Assembly (NCBI GenBank): GCA_030704615.1
Contig: CM060732.1
Location: 38,254,001 to 38,318,000, forward strand
Length of the DNA: 64,000 bases
From: Takakia lepidozioides
Lineage: Eukaryota; Plantae; Bryophyta
Reading direction: 5' to 3'
The notes beneath the pieces were generated by a model. That model saw only the letters and a list, made by a program, of their open reading frames with translations, was not told where the DNA came from and made no database searches. Position 1 is the first letter of the stretch; every line of letters starts with the position of its first letter. Below are positions 39,730 to 51,330 of this stretch, in pieces. The position numbers and the translations under genes were made by a program.

Positions 39730-40347
39730 TGTCAAGGACGAGAACATGACTGAACACAAACAAGAGATCAGACTAGAGGCACAAAACTAGACAAGAAGTT
39801 AAGGTTTGCATGGCCGAATGCATGATGAGGAAACAAGAATCAAGATCTTTATAACCATGGACAAGAGTACAAGATACTGGAACTCGACTTGAATACTAGA
39901 ATGCTGGAAACTGGAAGAATGTCAGATACTGGAAACTGGGCTAGAGTACTGGAAGCTGAACTGGAGTACTAGGTTTGGGAACAAGAGTAGCTTGAACTTG
40001 TGTTGGCGAGACTGAAGAGTGTCCAGTCTCGCCTCCTATATATACTGGCTACTAGGAAGTTCCCTAAGAAGCTTCCCCAATGGAGGTTTCTTGATGGAGA
40101 AGTTTCCTTAAACAAATGAGGTATCTTGATGGAGAAGTCTCCTCCAAAGGAAGCTTCCCGAGCAGTTTTCCAAGTTACTTTCGGTAATTTGGTAAACTTC
40201 CGGTAACTTGGTAACTAATGGTAGCTTATGATAAATCATGGTAGATCACGATAAATCACCGTAAATCATGATAATTTTCGGTAACTTGGTAACTTGGTAA
40301 CTTCTGGTATTTACTCCTGGTAAGTTCCTCTGGCTATGTCCGTGACA
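39730..40347 (-). repeat. 5' LTR of chromovirus
   Basis: TG..CA ends, TATATATA at ~40036-40043, gag ATG at 39691. Confidence 0.92.
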
Positions 40348-41370
40348 GTATCATGTCAAAGTCACTGCAAACAATATTCACTCAACCAACTAACTTGTAG
40401 AATTCAACATGGAAATTTAGGGCCGATTCTGATAAGAGGGAAAAACAGGGTGAAATGTGTTGAAGAATGTGTCTTCATTAACAGTGCCTGATTTTATCCA
40501 TTATGCCACTGCTGCGGCGGCTTCCAATTGACTATCTATTTCTTGTAGCTATGCTTCTACAAAGAATCATAGGTAATCTGGAGCTTGAAATCCGGCCCTT
40601 TTGGATGAATCTGGACCCACACTCGATCCCTGCTCCTTCAGCTATCCATGCCTATGTACAAATCGTGAATACATCCTCGGCCTTGTTGCTAGCAACTGAA
40701 GCAGCTGACACTGACGGCGTAAAGTTCTTCCAACAAACACCCCAACCCTACCTACAGTAACTTGTCAAAATCACTCCAAAACCACCATAGATCCACAAAC
40801 AAGCTTATCCTCATCTATGTTATCTGTTTTTTGATACTTTCCTGCTGCCACATCGGCAGTAACTTGTCAAAGTCACTCCTAACCACCATAGATCCACCCA
40901 ACGAGCTAACTTACAAAATTCAATATGCATCTCAGGGCCGAGTCTGATGAGAGGGCGAAACAGGCAGATTCAGCGATATTGTTCAACACTCCCTCCACAT
41001 TTGGCATACATGTCCACAAGGGTATTGTTCGAAATTACATCTGCTACATTTCCAGCTTTGAGATGCAACCATGGACCTCTTTGCCATTTTCCAGGGTTGC
41101 CAGGCTTGCACACGCATTGCAAATGCACACAAACGTGATGTGGTAGGGCTTCATCCCTTCCCCCAGCATTTGATCATAGGTCTCCAAAGCCTCCATACCA
41201 CGTCTCTGTTGTGCATACCCTGCAAGCATCGCGTTCCATGACACCACATCTCGTTCAACCATAGTGTTGAAAACTCCCTTTGCATCCTTAATGCACCCAC
41301 ATTTGGTATACATGTCCACCACGGTAGTGTTCAGAATGACAATTGGTACAATTCCAGCTTTGACGAGACC
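40348..41370 (-). pseudogene. 5' part of the PPR/PDF pseudogene (PPR repeats 40980-41370, PDF module 40348-40960)
   Basis: ORF 41044-41415 contains PPR repeats; the reverse complement of 40540-40615 gives HPKGPDFKLQITYDSL. The sequence joins 33373 across the TSD. Confidence 0.85.
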
Positions 41371-41512
41371 TTGTTGGTTGCCAAATGTGTACATGAATGA
41401 CTGAGCAAATGACAAGGGGAAATGGGAAATAATTGTGGAATGGAGATGGGCCTATGCATTACAGACAGGGAGACAATTTAATTTGTCAAGGAAGAGGTGC
41501 CCACAATCTGAC

Positions 41513-41742
41513 CTGAATGAGATTTTGGAAAATCATGCCACGCCCTTGGTAATTTTAACTATTGAGACAATCAAACGCAAATTGGAGTTGACCATTTTGT
41601 CTTTGCAAAACAGGCCTTCCCTGAGCCGTGCTTCAAAGGCATGTTGCTCCATGCTTGTTGCCCAAGCCCATTCAGCTAATGTTAGCTTCTGTCCAATCTG
41701 TTCCATCAAGTTGTCCCTCACTTTTTCCATTTTTAAGAGATC
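41513..41742 (-). pseudogene. Isolated exon of a plastid sigma-70 factor (SIG2-like, region 2.1)
   Basis: AG|DLLKMEKVRDNLMEQIGQKLTLAEWAWATSMEQHAFEARLREGLFCKDKMVNSNLRLIVSIVK..GMIFQNLIQ|GT. 230 nt, implying a 1-nt deletion. Confidence 0.85.
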
Positions 41743-43111
41743 CTGGTCAAACCACACCCATCATTGGCACCACAATTTGTTACTTCTAAGAACGGTATCT
41801 GAGAGCAAGAGATTGTATTTCTCCTCTTCTGCCTTCCCAAAAGAATGTCTCTCAAGCAAAGTCCACAAATCTGTCTCAAACAGCCAATAGCATCTGTGAT
41901 GTCAACAAAGTTGAGACCAACAGAGAGGACTCGTGTCTCTAGAACAAACGACATCACGAAGGAGGCGTGGTATTGGTCTTTGCGGCACATGTGCATTGTG
42001 TATATGCCTCTCACACCCTAGGAGCCCACATTTTTTACATGTGTTTACTTAAATGGCAGATGTATATTGCAACAACAAATATGCATTTTTCTAACCATGG
42101 AAACATGTTGTAAAATTGAAAGCTGGTTCCAATTGTGAATTATGCATTAGTTGACTACCATGGGGAGAAGCAGGCCCAGATGTTTGCATGCTGCGGTGCA
42201 AGGCAGGACGGATCTTTGCGTATCGTTTTCAATGAATCAGTGTTGAAAAGCTGCTAACCACTTCTCCTTTATATCACGTATGAAGGTCTACAGGTTAGAA
42301 CAAGGAACTTCACCTACTAGAATTAAGTGTTTGGCCTGTGATTGCTCAACCTATGAATGGATGGACATGAACAATCTGATTGTGAAGAGAGCACTAGATG
42401 CGGCGTGAGCGCACTCACGCTTAGCGCACTAAGTGTGAGCAGATTCCACTAATCGTGAGCAGATTCCCTTAAGTGTGAGCATAAGTTAAGCGTGAGCAGA
42501 AAGTGGAAGTGGAGCGTATAACCGTGGAAGAAGCAGGGCCTATTGTCGTTGACGCAAACTTATGCCTATTGGAGGTTTACATGCCATGATGGGACCGAAG
42601 GCGCCGACCTCCATGCCAGAAAATGTGGGATGAATGTGTACGAAGAACTTCTCGATGAAGTAAGCAAGTATGAATGGGTTCAGGGAAATGGATGAATGTA
42701 GGATGGATGTTGGATGACAAAGGGTGGATGAATATAGCACGAATGAATAGATTGCAAGAAAACATTCATGACATTCATCATTTTCATAACAGTCATGGAG
42801 TATCATCTCATTCATTCATCTCATAGAAAGTGAATACTTATGCAATTCTGCAAAACAATCATTGATCTCATTAAGAAAGTGTTCCCATTATGCAGCACTA
42901 AGCCAGATACAAGTCGACCTGGTTGGAACACAAACATGCATTGAAAATCAACATTGAGAAGAAATCTTCATTGCAAAACAACATTCATCTCATTCAAAAA
43001 TGCATCCTTGAAGCAAACGTACCCATCTCCAAAGTCCGATACACCCAGACTTGAGTAACAATTACAAGGAGGGCAAACGGGTAGAGTTGTAATGCAAATC
43101 CAGACTACATC

Positions 43112-46100
43112 TCAATTTGTACCCGAAGTATCTCGCTGTAGCAGTGTGTGAACGTCGCTGGGTCCAATCGTACATTGGTGAATGTATGTATCTCGTTTTG
43201 GATCGCAAAACATTCTCCGAATATAGATGTAGTACAAATGCTTGCACGGGACAAATTTGACTCTCTTGCCAAGAGAACTTGAGAGCGTGTTCTGAAAGTC
43301 CGGACAAGTGCAATTAGGGAAATCACCAATAGTAATGTCATAGGTCCGGTCATGAACAACTGATCCAGAGGTCGCCATGGTGTACACCCGCCCATACCCT
43401 GGCAAGGGAACATTCACAATTTGGGTGACGCAACACTGCAGGGTTCTAGCAGACTCCATCTTGCACTCATTGTCTGCACCAGCCTCAACCAAATGTACCG
43501 CTTTTCCATCCCTTTTTGTGGGCCTATCATTTCCATGTCGAGGACGTGCCGTAAAGTTGGAAGGGAAAGCCATTGGGTCAACTGGTGTTACAACAGGAGG
43601 GGTTCTCGGAAGGCGAAACCCGGCCTCTTCCAACATGTCAATCTCCAGTTTGGACAGTGCGGTTCCAAACTGCACTGGCCACACGGCTGGAATTTGAGGC
43701 TTCATTATCACAGATTCCCAAACAGTCCCCATGACACAGCGCACAATGTCATCCGGGCAGAACCAAAACTTGTGAGGCCTAGACTCCCGCGACTGGTAAT
43801 GCTTGAACAAGCCGGTGAACGTCGGGGCAGGAGTTCCGCAAGTCACTTTGGAAATTTGGGACTTGCACTTTTGGAACGAGGGGGCCCTAATAGCGGCACA
43901 TTTGACTTTTGATCCATGGGGAACCCGTTCGATATGCCACATTGCGTCTATACAGTCTGACTCCTCTACTGGCAGCGTGTTCTCCCCTTCACCGGGGACT
44001 GTGGTGGTTGGAGACTCCTGAGGGAACGAAGGCAAAGAGGACTCCCCCACAAAGGGGGTGGCACCCACGCAAGTGGGGGGCCCAGGCACACGTGGTACTA
44101 CAAAGTTCTCCTGATCGTGGCGGTGTGAATCTGCATCCGAGCCTGGTGGGGTGTCAAGTTTTCTTTTTGCACAAACCAAACCTCTCCACTCCTTCCAGAT
44201 GTGCAAGCCGTGACTGCAATGGTGTTCCCATTGTGCACTCGTTCACAGCCCGTGCCATCTTACTAGGGTCTTTCAATCTGTTTGCAGCCCTAAGCAGCAT
44301 CTCTGCCTTGTCTGGCCCCTTGCCTGTACCCCATCCCCGAAGGAAATCCTGGTACCGTGTTTGTTGCGAGAGCACGCGGATCATGTCATCAGCTGTGGCA
44401 ACGTACAGATCCCGCCCGTTCTTCCCGGATTGCTTCATCCAAACACTGTGCACTGTCTCCGAAAGATTGCAGGAGGGCATGTCCGCAATATCCTCAAGCG
44501 TCATATCCTGCCAGCCACCAGATTATGCAATGAGTTTTCATGTTTTGAGTGCAATTTTCCTGGACAAGAGCAGGCATCAAAGTGAAGAAACAAAACCGTC
44601 TAACTCCTGGAACTTACTGTTGTCATGAAACCCCCCCACTGTCTGTATCAAAAATGCCAAAACCCAAACCAGTCGTCCAGCTCTTTGAGGCCTTCCTGGC
44701 TTGATGCATCCGAGGAGTACCACCATGCTCGGATAGTTTGATAAAGGGAGTTTGCCTCATGGTCCGTCCTTGCATCTTTGTACAAGTGGCATAGTCTCAT
44801 GTGCTCGTCCTGCAATTCCACTTTTATGCAACTCTTTGTATGCCTTCGAAGGGACTGCGTCCAATGAAAGAGACAAGTGCGCTCTCTACCTTCCATAGGT
44901 GTTTTGGGGTCTCCACATCCAAACACACACCGTACTGCATTCCAATTTGCCTGGGCGCTGTCAGCCATGAATCCTTTGAAGTTTGGATCAGGCACACCAT
45001 TCAAATTCATGACGTTCACAAGAGACCTCCACATCAAAATTTGAGATTGTGTGTCCTCGGATTGCATGTCGCAAACGGCTATAGTCATTACTCTATGATA
45101 AGTGGGATCATACACATGACAAGCCATGGGTATCCACTCTTTAACACGTTTGACATGATTGAACATGAGCCATGATTTCTGCAGATCGCCTCCAGGCTGC
45201 ATTCTTCGGACCAGGCTAACTCCACTACCCTCCCCCACCGTGGACATTTTGAATAAGTACACTTTCGAGGATCCCTGGCCTGGAAAGACACTATCTTGAA
45301 TAAAGTCATATTTGCTTCTACGCTTTAAGTCCAGAATGCTATCAAGAGGACCTCTGTTCCCTGGGCCTATTCGCAGTGCGTTGATGTGATTCCGGACATT
45401 GGACGAGCTTAAAGTGGAAAAATGGTCCATAAAAGCATCTAGCTTTGAGGAGTCCAGCTTGGCTAACATATCGTCTGGTTCTCCAAGAATATATTTTTGC
45501 AAGAACGTCTTGTTTGCCGCAAGTGCAATGGCTGACGGCGTAGCATTCGGAGCGTTGTGAAAATCTTGTTACAGGAGTCCCAGTGCCGTATCTATACTTT
45601 CCCTGCAATCTCCTTTGCACACGGGGTGATCATGATTTCCGAGATGTATACAAGCCCGAGTAAGGGTCTGGCAACGATGAAGAACGTAGTACATGCGAGC
45701 CTTGCAGGTGGCAATGCATGTGGGGACGAATTTGCAGAACCTGCATATGAACGTAGTGTTACTTGGAGTGGCACAACCCACTGCAAATGGGTTGTCCGCA
45801 CAGCCCTCCCACTCGGTTTTGTTTGCGGAACCAGTCAGCCCCAGGCCACTGCAATTTGCATTTGCACATTGCAGATGCCCAACGCAAACTGATCTCCAAA
45901 ACTACAACCCATGAGGATTGTGTATGTTAGAAGTTTTCGTCCGGCACCAAGGGTGTCCATCATGTTTCTTGTCCATACTTTGCATCAAACCAGCCAAACC
46001 TCCACATGAGGTTGGAGGCGACAACTCGAAGAGGACATCACCATCAAATTCAGCAGGCAGATATTTTTCTTTTTCAATTCGAATTGTCCCCCATGCAATC

Positions 46101-46639
46101 CCACGCACATCACTCCTACAATTAGGCAAACCTTTCAGAGACTGCAGCTTGGGAATGACACTTGTAATCTCCAGGACATCTGCGTCGAAATAAGAACTCG
46201 TGTTTGCCGGTGCAGGGATCTCCGAAATGTCCTCATCCGAGCTTTTGGAGAGCTCCACGAATGTAGTGGAGATGCTGGTCTCTTCCCTTTTTATGGGAGC
46301 GGGTATGAAGGCTGGAGCCACCGAAGCAGCTGTACTGGGCGTCAAGATGGAACTTGCAAACAGGCGTCTTTGATCCCCGTGAACACAGTAGTTGCCCGCC
46401 GGAACTCTCCATTCTCTACGACTCCCAACCATATCTGGCTCCAGTATCAACATGCTATCAACCCTACCGGAATCATCGTACACTTCTTTCTCAACATGGA
46501 CAGTTCCAACTTCAAGTTCCAAGCTTCTGCAGAGCACGTCCTCCTGCACAACAACGACACCATCTCCACCCGCGACCTTGCAAATGGGCCTTGAATGGGA
46601 CGCACAATAGAACTTTGCTATATCCACTGTGGGATCCAT
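43112..46639 (-). pseudogene. MULE transposase: GCM-like zinc domain, DDE core, SWIM finger
   Basis: GHPWCRTKTS..CRFC..CKARMYY..RACIHLGNHDHPV; WLMFNHVKRV (expected D seen as N); GFMADSAQANWNAV; CLFHWTQSL; CNLSETVHS; CTCPDF..CKHLYY. One intron at ~44510-44617. Several stops and frameshifts. Confidence 0.88.
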
Positions 46640-46799
46640 TGCACAGGTGGGTGCAGGTGAAATGCAGTGCACAGGACGGAGTACGTGCACTGAAGAACAT
46701 AGGAGTACAAAAGCAGCTAGTACGAATCCTCGAAGACGCAATATCTGCTGCAATGATGCCAGGAATGTACTGCCAAAGGATGAGGATGTCCGGCACTGA

Positions 46800-49266
46800 C
46801 CGGCGCTTCATACTATCAAAAGAATGATCATGGGAACCACGAAATTGCTGATGCGGGAGAGAGGGGAAAAGCGGAATATTACGGGAAAACTCCGGAAAGT
46901 GAACGCACTGCCTACGGTATTGAGGCGGCAATGACCTTCCACATGAACGAATTCCGCGGGAAGGTGGTGACTGCGTTCACCAAGCAACTGCGCATAGCTG
47001 ATCCCGGTCTTGGCCCTCAGTTTCTGGATGAGGTTCACATTCATTGGAGCAAGACAACAAAGCCTGAAATGACGCAAGAGAAGCTGCACAGGCTTGCCAT
47101 GGCAATGGTGGAGCCAGCACTGAAAATACGGTGGCTTCAAATTTGGAACTCTGAGCCTGTTCTTCGGCAAGCAAATAGTTTTCCCATGGGTGAGAAGAAC
47201 GCCACCACTGGAGTCGTCACCCCTTTCAGTGACCAAGTATGGGACATCTGGCTTCATAAAGCTACATTCTGGGCGCAGGTAAGAATTTCATGACACAGGT
47301 CTTCAATGTCTGTTTTGAATGTCTTTGATTGCATTCGCAAAATCTAATCAAGTTACTTCTGTGCCAGTTGGAGGAGAGGGCTGAGGAGGTTATGGAGAAA
47401 TCTCTAACAGACTTCAAGATAGTCGTTGCTACACCCGATGAGTCATTCGAGACCTGGATAAGGAGGTGGAAAGGGATCATTTGGGACCATGCAAACAAAG
47501 TCAGGCAACGGCTGTTGTGGCAGGAGGGGCTTAGAGGGGTTCACAACTAGCTCTGTCGGACAAACCGTACGAGGCCCTACCTAACCCTGGCAGAGGTGTT
47601 GCCACGGGCTACCAACACAAGACAATCAACGAAAGCTTCTTGGACATGATGGAATCAAGGAGGAAAGGCGGCACAGTCAAAGAGAAGTCCCCAATTTGGG
47701 AGACATTGTCTTCATTCCTCTCTGGTAAATTCCTTATCCACTCCCCTCCTGTTCACTTGGTTCTTGCAGTGTGGTCAAATGTCCTTTGAATTGAATTGCT
47801 TTGGGGGGTGAAGGCTGGGAAAGGTCCATCGTGGGTGAACGGAGAGAAAAAACCCTTTGCCTGCGAGCTCGTTGTTGTGGACATTCCAGACGGGCTTCCA
47901 GTCCCAGATCTTCCACCGAAAGGTGTCACTCCAGCGTGGAATGAATGGGACGAGCGCTACTGGCCCTGGGTGTCCAAGTTCTGTGGGAACTTCTTGGCTG
48001 ACAATGGGTGTTTGCTCATCCTACAAGCTGCCAATGCAAAGTGCCGACGACTGCTGTCCAGTTTCCTGAAGTTTGGTGGGATGAAGGTGATTAAAAGTTG
48101 GAATGGAGTTAATAGTCTTCCACTTACAAAGGGGGACTTCCCAGGCCAGAAGGTATGTCGTATCCTCCATTTCATTAAATCTTGTAGAATTGTTCCCCGT
48201 GTATAGAAAGCTTTATTTTCCTTCTGCGCTATCAATCTTCTCCTGCATCCTTGCGTTGACGAAATCGTAGTGCAAGGTTGTCATCTGCTACCTACCTTCA
48301 TGTTGCCTTGGCTCCCTTGGCTCTCAGCTGACTAAGTCCGGTGTTTTCATTTCGTAGACACGAGCTTTCGATGCACACTGTCTCGTAAGAGAACGCCACC
48401 CATCCACACCGTCATCCGTTAAGGAGTTCTAGGTCTTGAAAGGGGGGACGCATGTTGACTCATCTTGCGATCCCGTGGATGATGATTTTATCTACAACTA
48501 CGTGGACGCCTCACTTACTGTGTTGCGGAATTCCGGAGAGCCATGGAGAGGTGCACGGGAAAAGAGTCATGCATTCATGCAGACAGTCATCGAGTCTTGC
48601 AGTGTTGAAGGGTCCCGTGTTGTTGACCTCACTCAGGTTTGGGCCTTCACACTCTAGCAATAATCTGCCTTCATTGTTGTAGTTCGAAAGTGCAAGTTCG
48701 TGCGCATATCTTGGCTCATTTGGTTTATTCGTCTGGCAGGGGCATCGTTCCATGCCTGCAAGGCTGCTGGAAGGCATCTGTTCGCATTTGAGGGGGATGG
48801 AGAGCTGTACAAAGAGGTAATTGCTCCCCTCCATGAGGGCTTGACCTCGGGTACCCAGACAGATGCCGCTGCCGCAGCTGCGCCGTTGGAACACGAGGAC
48901 ATCGAAATTGACGACGATTTTGATTGTGAGTAAGTCATGTGCTGTTACTTCTTTGCATGGACTCCGTTGTGGCGTCGGGATTGGGGATTCTCATGAAAGT
49001 TTGCAATGTTTTGCAGGAGCCCAACTACGCCTAGGTTCCTCCCTTTCTTTGCGAACCCGGACTTCTTTCCAAGTCCGCCACCCATGCTTGAATTGCCATG
49101 TTATGCTGAGGCTGCAACAAAAACATTTGCTCTCGAAACATCTCCCCCTAGACAGGTTTGTGGCAGGAATGGACGTGTGCATAGTGGGACTATAGTGTTC
49201 ATTGATAGTTGTGCTTCAGTTTCCAATGGAAGCTCCTCCACTAGTGGATCTGGACAATCGAAATGA
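46800..49266 (+). pseudogene. Intron-containing beta-class N4-cytosine/N6-adenine DNA methyltransferase-like gene
   Basis: ELVVVDIPDG (motif IV position, 47880-47891)..FLADNGCLLI..WRGAREKSHAFMQTVIESCSVEGSRVVDLT|GASFHACKAAGRHLFAFEGD (motifs X-I-II). GT-AG introns at 47279-47367, 48153-48357 and 48637-48739. Frameshifts present; 5' boundary uncertain. Confidence 0.8.
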
Positions 49267-50464
49267 CCCATAAATTTTCGGACTTACTATGGATAATGAA
49301 GCAATATCGACTTCTATGGTTTCAATAGTGCCGACATGCTGCAGATTAAAGTGAGATTATGGAAGATTTAGGCGAGACTTGTATAAGTAATGGAGGAACA
49401 CGCCGCAACCTAATTTCCCAGAAAATCTTAAGTTCTGTAGGTCCAACTTCCATTTTTCAACATCAATGCAACCCTGTGAGCTAAAGCCTAAATTGTAGGT
49501 TTTCTTGGACTACCTACTTAATCCAGCCATGTCACCCATTCATCCATCGTACAGACGTCAACAATAGATAATCTCAACATCCACATTCTTTTCAAAACAT
49601 TCATCCAATGATATGAGCATGCATTAATCCATCAATGTGCCGGATTGCATCCCTGCACATCCAAGATTCATCCAACATTCATTCATCATACTCACACCAT
49701 CCACCAACATTTCATCCACCTTCCTTCATTTATCATCCGTCGACTTTCATCCATTATTCATCCAACATCCATCCTCCATTCATCCGCATTCCATCCGTTT
49801 GCTGCCATTGTCTCTTCTACATTGCTGCAAACTACTGCCGCGTTGTGTGCAGACTTTCCCGCGGATACAGGTCCCGCATGGTTTTTCCATCCCCGGTTAT
49901 GGGTCCTTGCCGTGATATTCATCCTCATGAGAATCTTACCGCTCACGGATTGGTATCTTCACGCTCACGAATCTTTCTGCTCACGTGAGCCGCTCACAGT
50001 TTAACATCCCCTGATTGTGAACATCAGCACTATTGATTTGAGTTGAATGCATCATCTTTTTTCCTCCTCTGGCTTTTAATTTTCGCAGCGGCGCTTGTGT
50101 TGGGAAGTATCTCTCTCCCTTCTTAAACCTAGTTATTAAGCTAGGTACTGTTTTGGCCTTAAAGAGGAGTTATGGTTTATGGGTAAGGCATCAATGGTTG
50201 TTAGGTTCTAAGGAAGAGGAGGCCCTGTTTTTAAAGATGGCAGCCTGATAAGGCAATGACAGGCCTCTTTCAGGCCTGGTTTTGGTGTGGAATGGAGCAT
50301 AGTGAGGTTTTATTTGCAAAACCTGGCATAAACCTCTTGGAAAACAGTGTTGATAAGCTCTACTGGACCTTTGCCATAGATTATTTGCCTTATTTTGCCA
50401 TCAGACCAGTCACCTGCAATGTATGATTTATTTTTTGGCCAAGTGGGCTTGGTCTCGGGCACTC

Positions 50465-51330
50465 AAAGTGTTTGTGTGTCCATATCTTGAATCTGTAATA
50501 TGGCAGGCCTTTCTTCCATGCCAAAATGCCTTACATGATGCATGTCTTGGGGCAATTATACATGGTGTAGAATGAAGTTGCAGTTTGTCTTGTCATGCCC
50601 AAGAGGGTCATTTGGTTGCATGTTTGGAATCTAATAAACTACAGGCTGGTCCATCAAGATGTTTGTGTATACATGTCTTGAATCTGTAGTATGGCAGGCT
50701 GTTCTTCCCTACCCAAGGGGCATTGCATGATGCATGTCTTGGGGTACTTACAAATGGCAAAGAATGAAGCTGCAATATGTTTTGTCATGCCCAAGAAGAT
50801 TACTTGGTTGCATGTTTGAAATCTGGTAAATTGCAGGCTGGTCCTTCAAGGTGCTTGTGTATACATATCTTGAATCTGTAGTATGGCATGTTGTTCTTAC
50901 CTACCCAAGAGGCCTTGCATGATGCATGTCTTGGGGTACTTACTAATGGCAAAGAGTGAAGCTGCAATATGTTTTGTCATGCCCAAGAAGTTTACTTGGT
51001 TGCATGCTTGAAATCTGATTAATTGCAGGCTGGTCCTTCAAGGTACTTGTATGAACATATCCTGAATCTGTAGTAGGACAGGCTATTCTTACCTACCCAA
51101 TGAGCCTTGCATGATGCATGTCTTGGGGTACTTACAAATGGCAAAGAGTGAAGCTGCAATATGTTTTGTCATGCCCAAGAAGATTACTTGGTTGCATGCT
51201 TTGAAATCTGGTAAATTGCAGTTTGGTCCTTCAAGGTGTTTGTTTGAACATACTCTGGATCTGTAGCAGGGCAGGCTGTTCTTATCTACCCAAGGAGCCT
51301 TGCATGGTGCATGTCTTGGGTTACTTACAG
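50465..51330. repeat. Tandem repeat, ~192-bp unit x ~4.5
   Basis: The anchor cttgaatctgta (or a variant) recurs at 50486, 50677, 50869, 51061 and 51254. Confidence 0.9.

Larger units (their letters stand above)
33374..40347 (-). mobile_element. Ty3/gypsy chromovirus (Tcn1/Tf1-like), degenerate
   Basis: LTRs 33374-34010 and 39730-40347; TSD ATATC/GTATC; PPT AGAGGAGGGGGTGA next to the 3' LTR. gag REPKISVPVKFDG..DPMQID, protease [45 protein letters not shown], chromodomain EYKVDEVLDSR..YFVHWKCY. Confidence 0.95.
42387..50011. mobile_element. Mutator-like (MULE) DNA transposon without long TIRs, carrying a DNA methyltransferase gene
   Basis: Flanking direct repeat (C)TGATTGTGAA at 42376/7-42386 and 50011/2-50021 (10-11-bp TSD). 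G..C ends, inverted arrays of GTGAGC at both ends, transposase inside. Confidence 0.9.

Noticed and set aside
42407-42500. Regularly spaced short repeats resembling a CRISPR array
   Set aside because: Repeats are 6-10 bp with ~10-bp spacers, there are no cas genes and the context is eukaryotic. Explained as MULE subterminal repeats.
43377-45175. Long plus-strand ORFs (e.g. 43909-44628)
   Set aside because: Antisense shadows of the MULE transposase.
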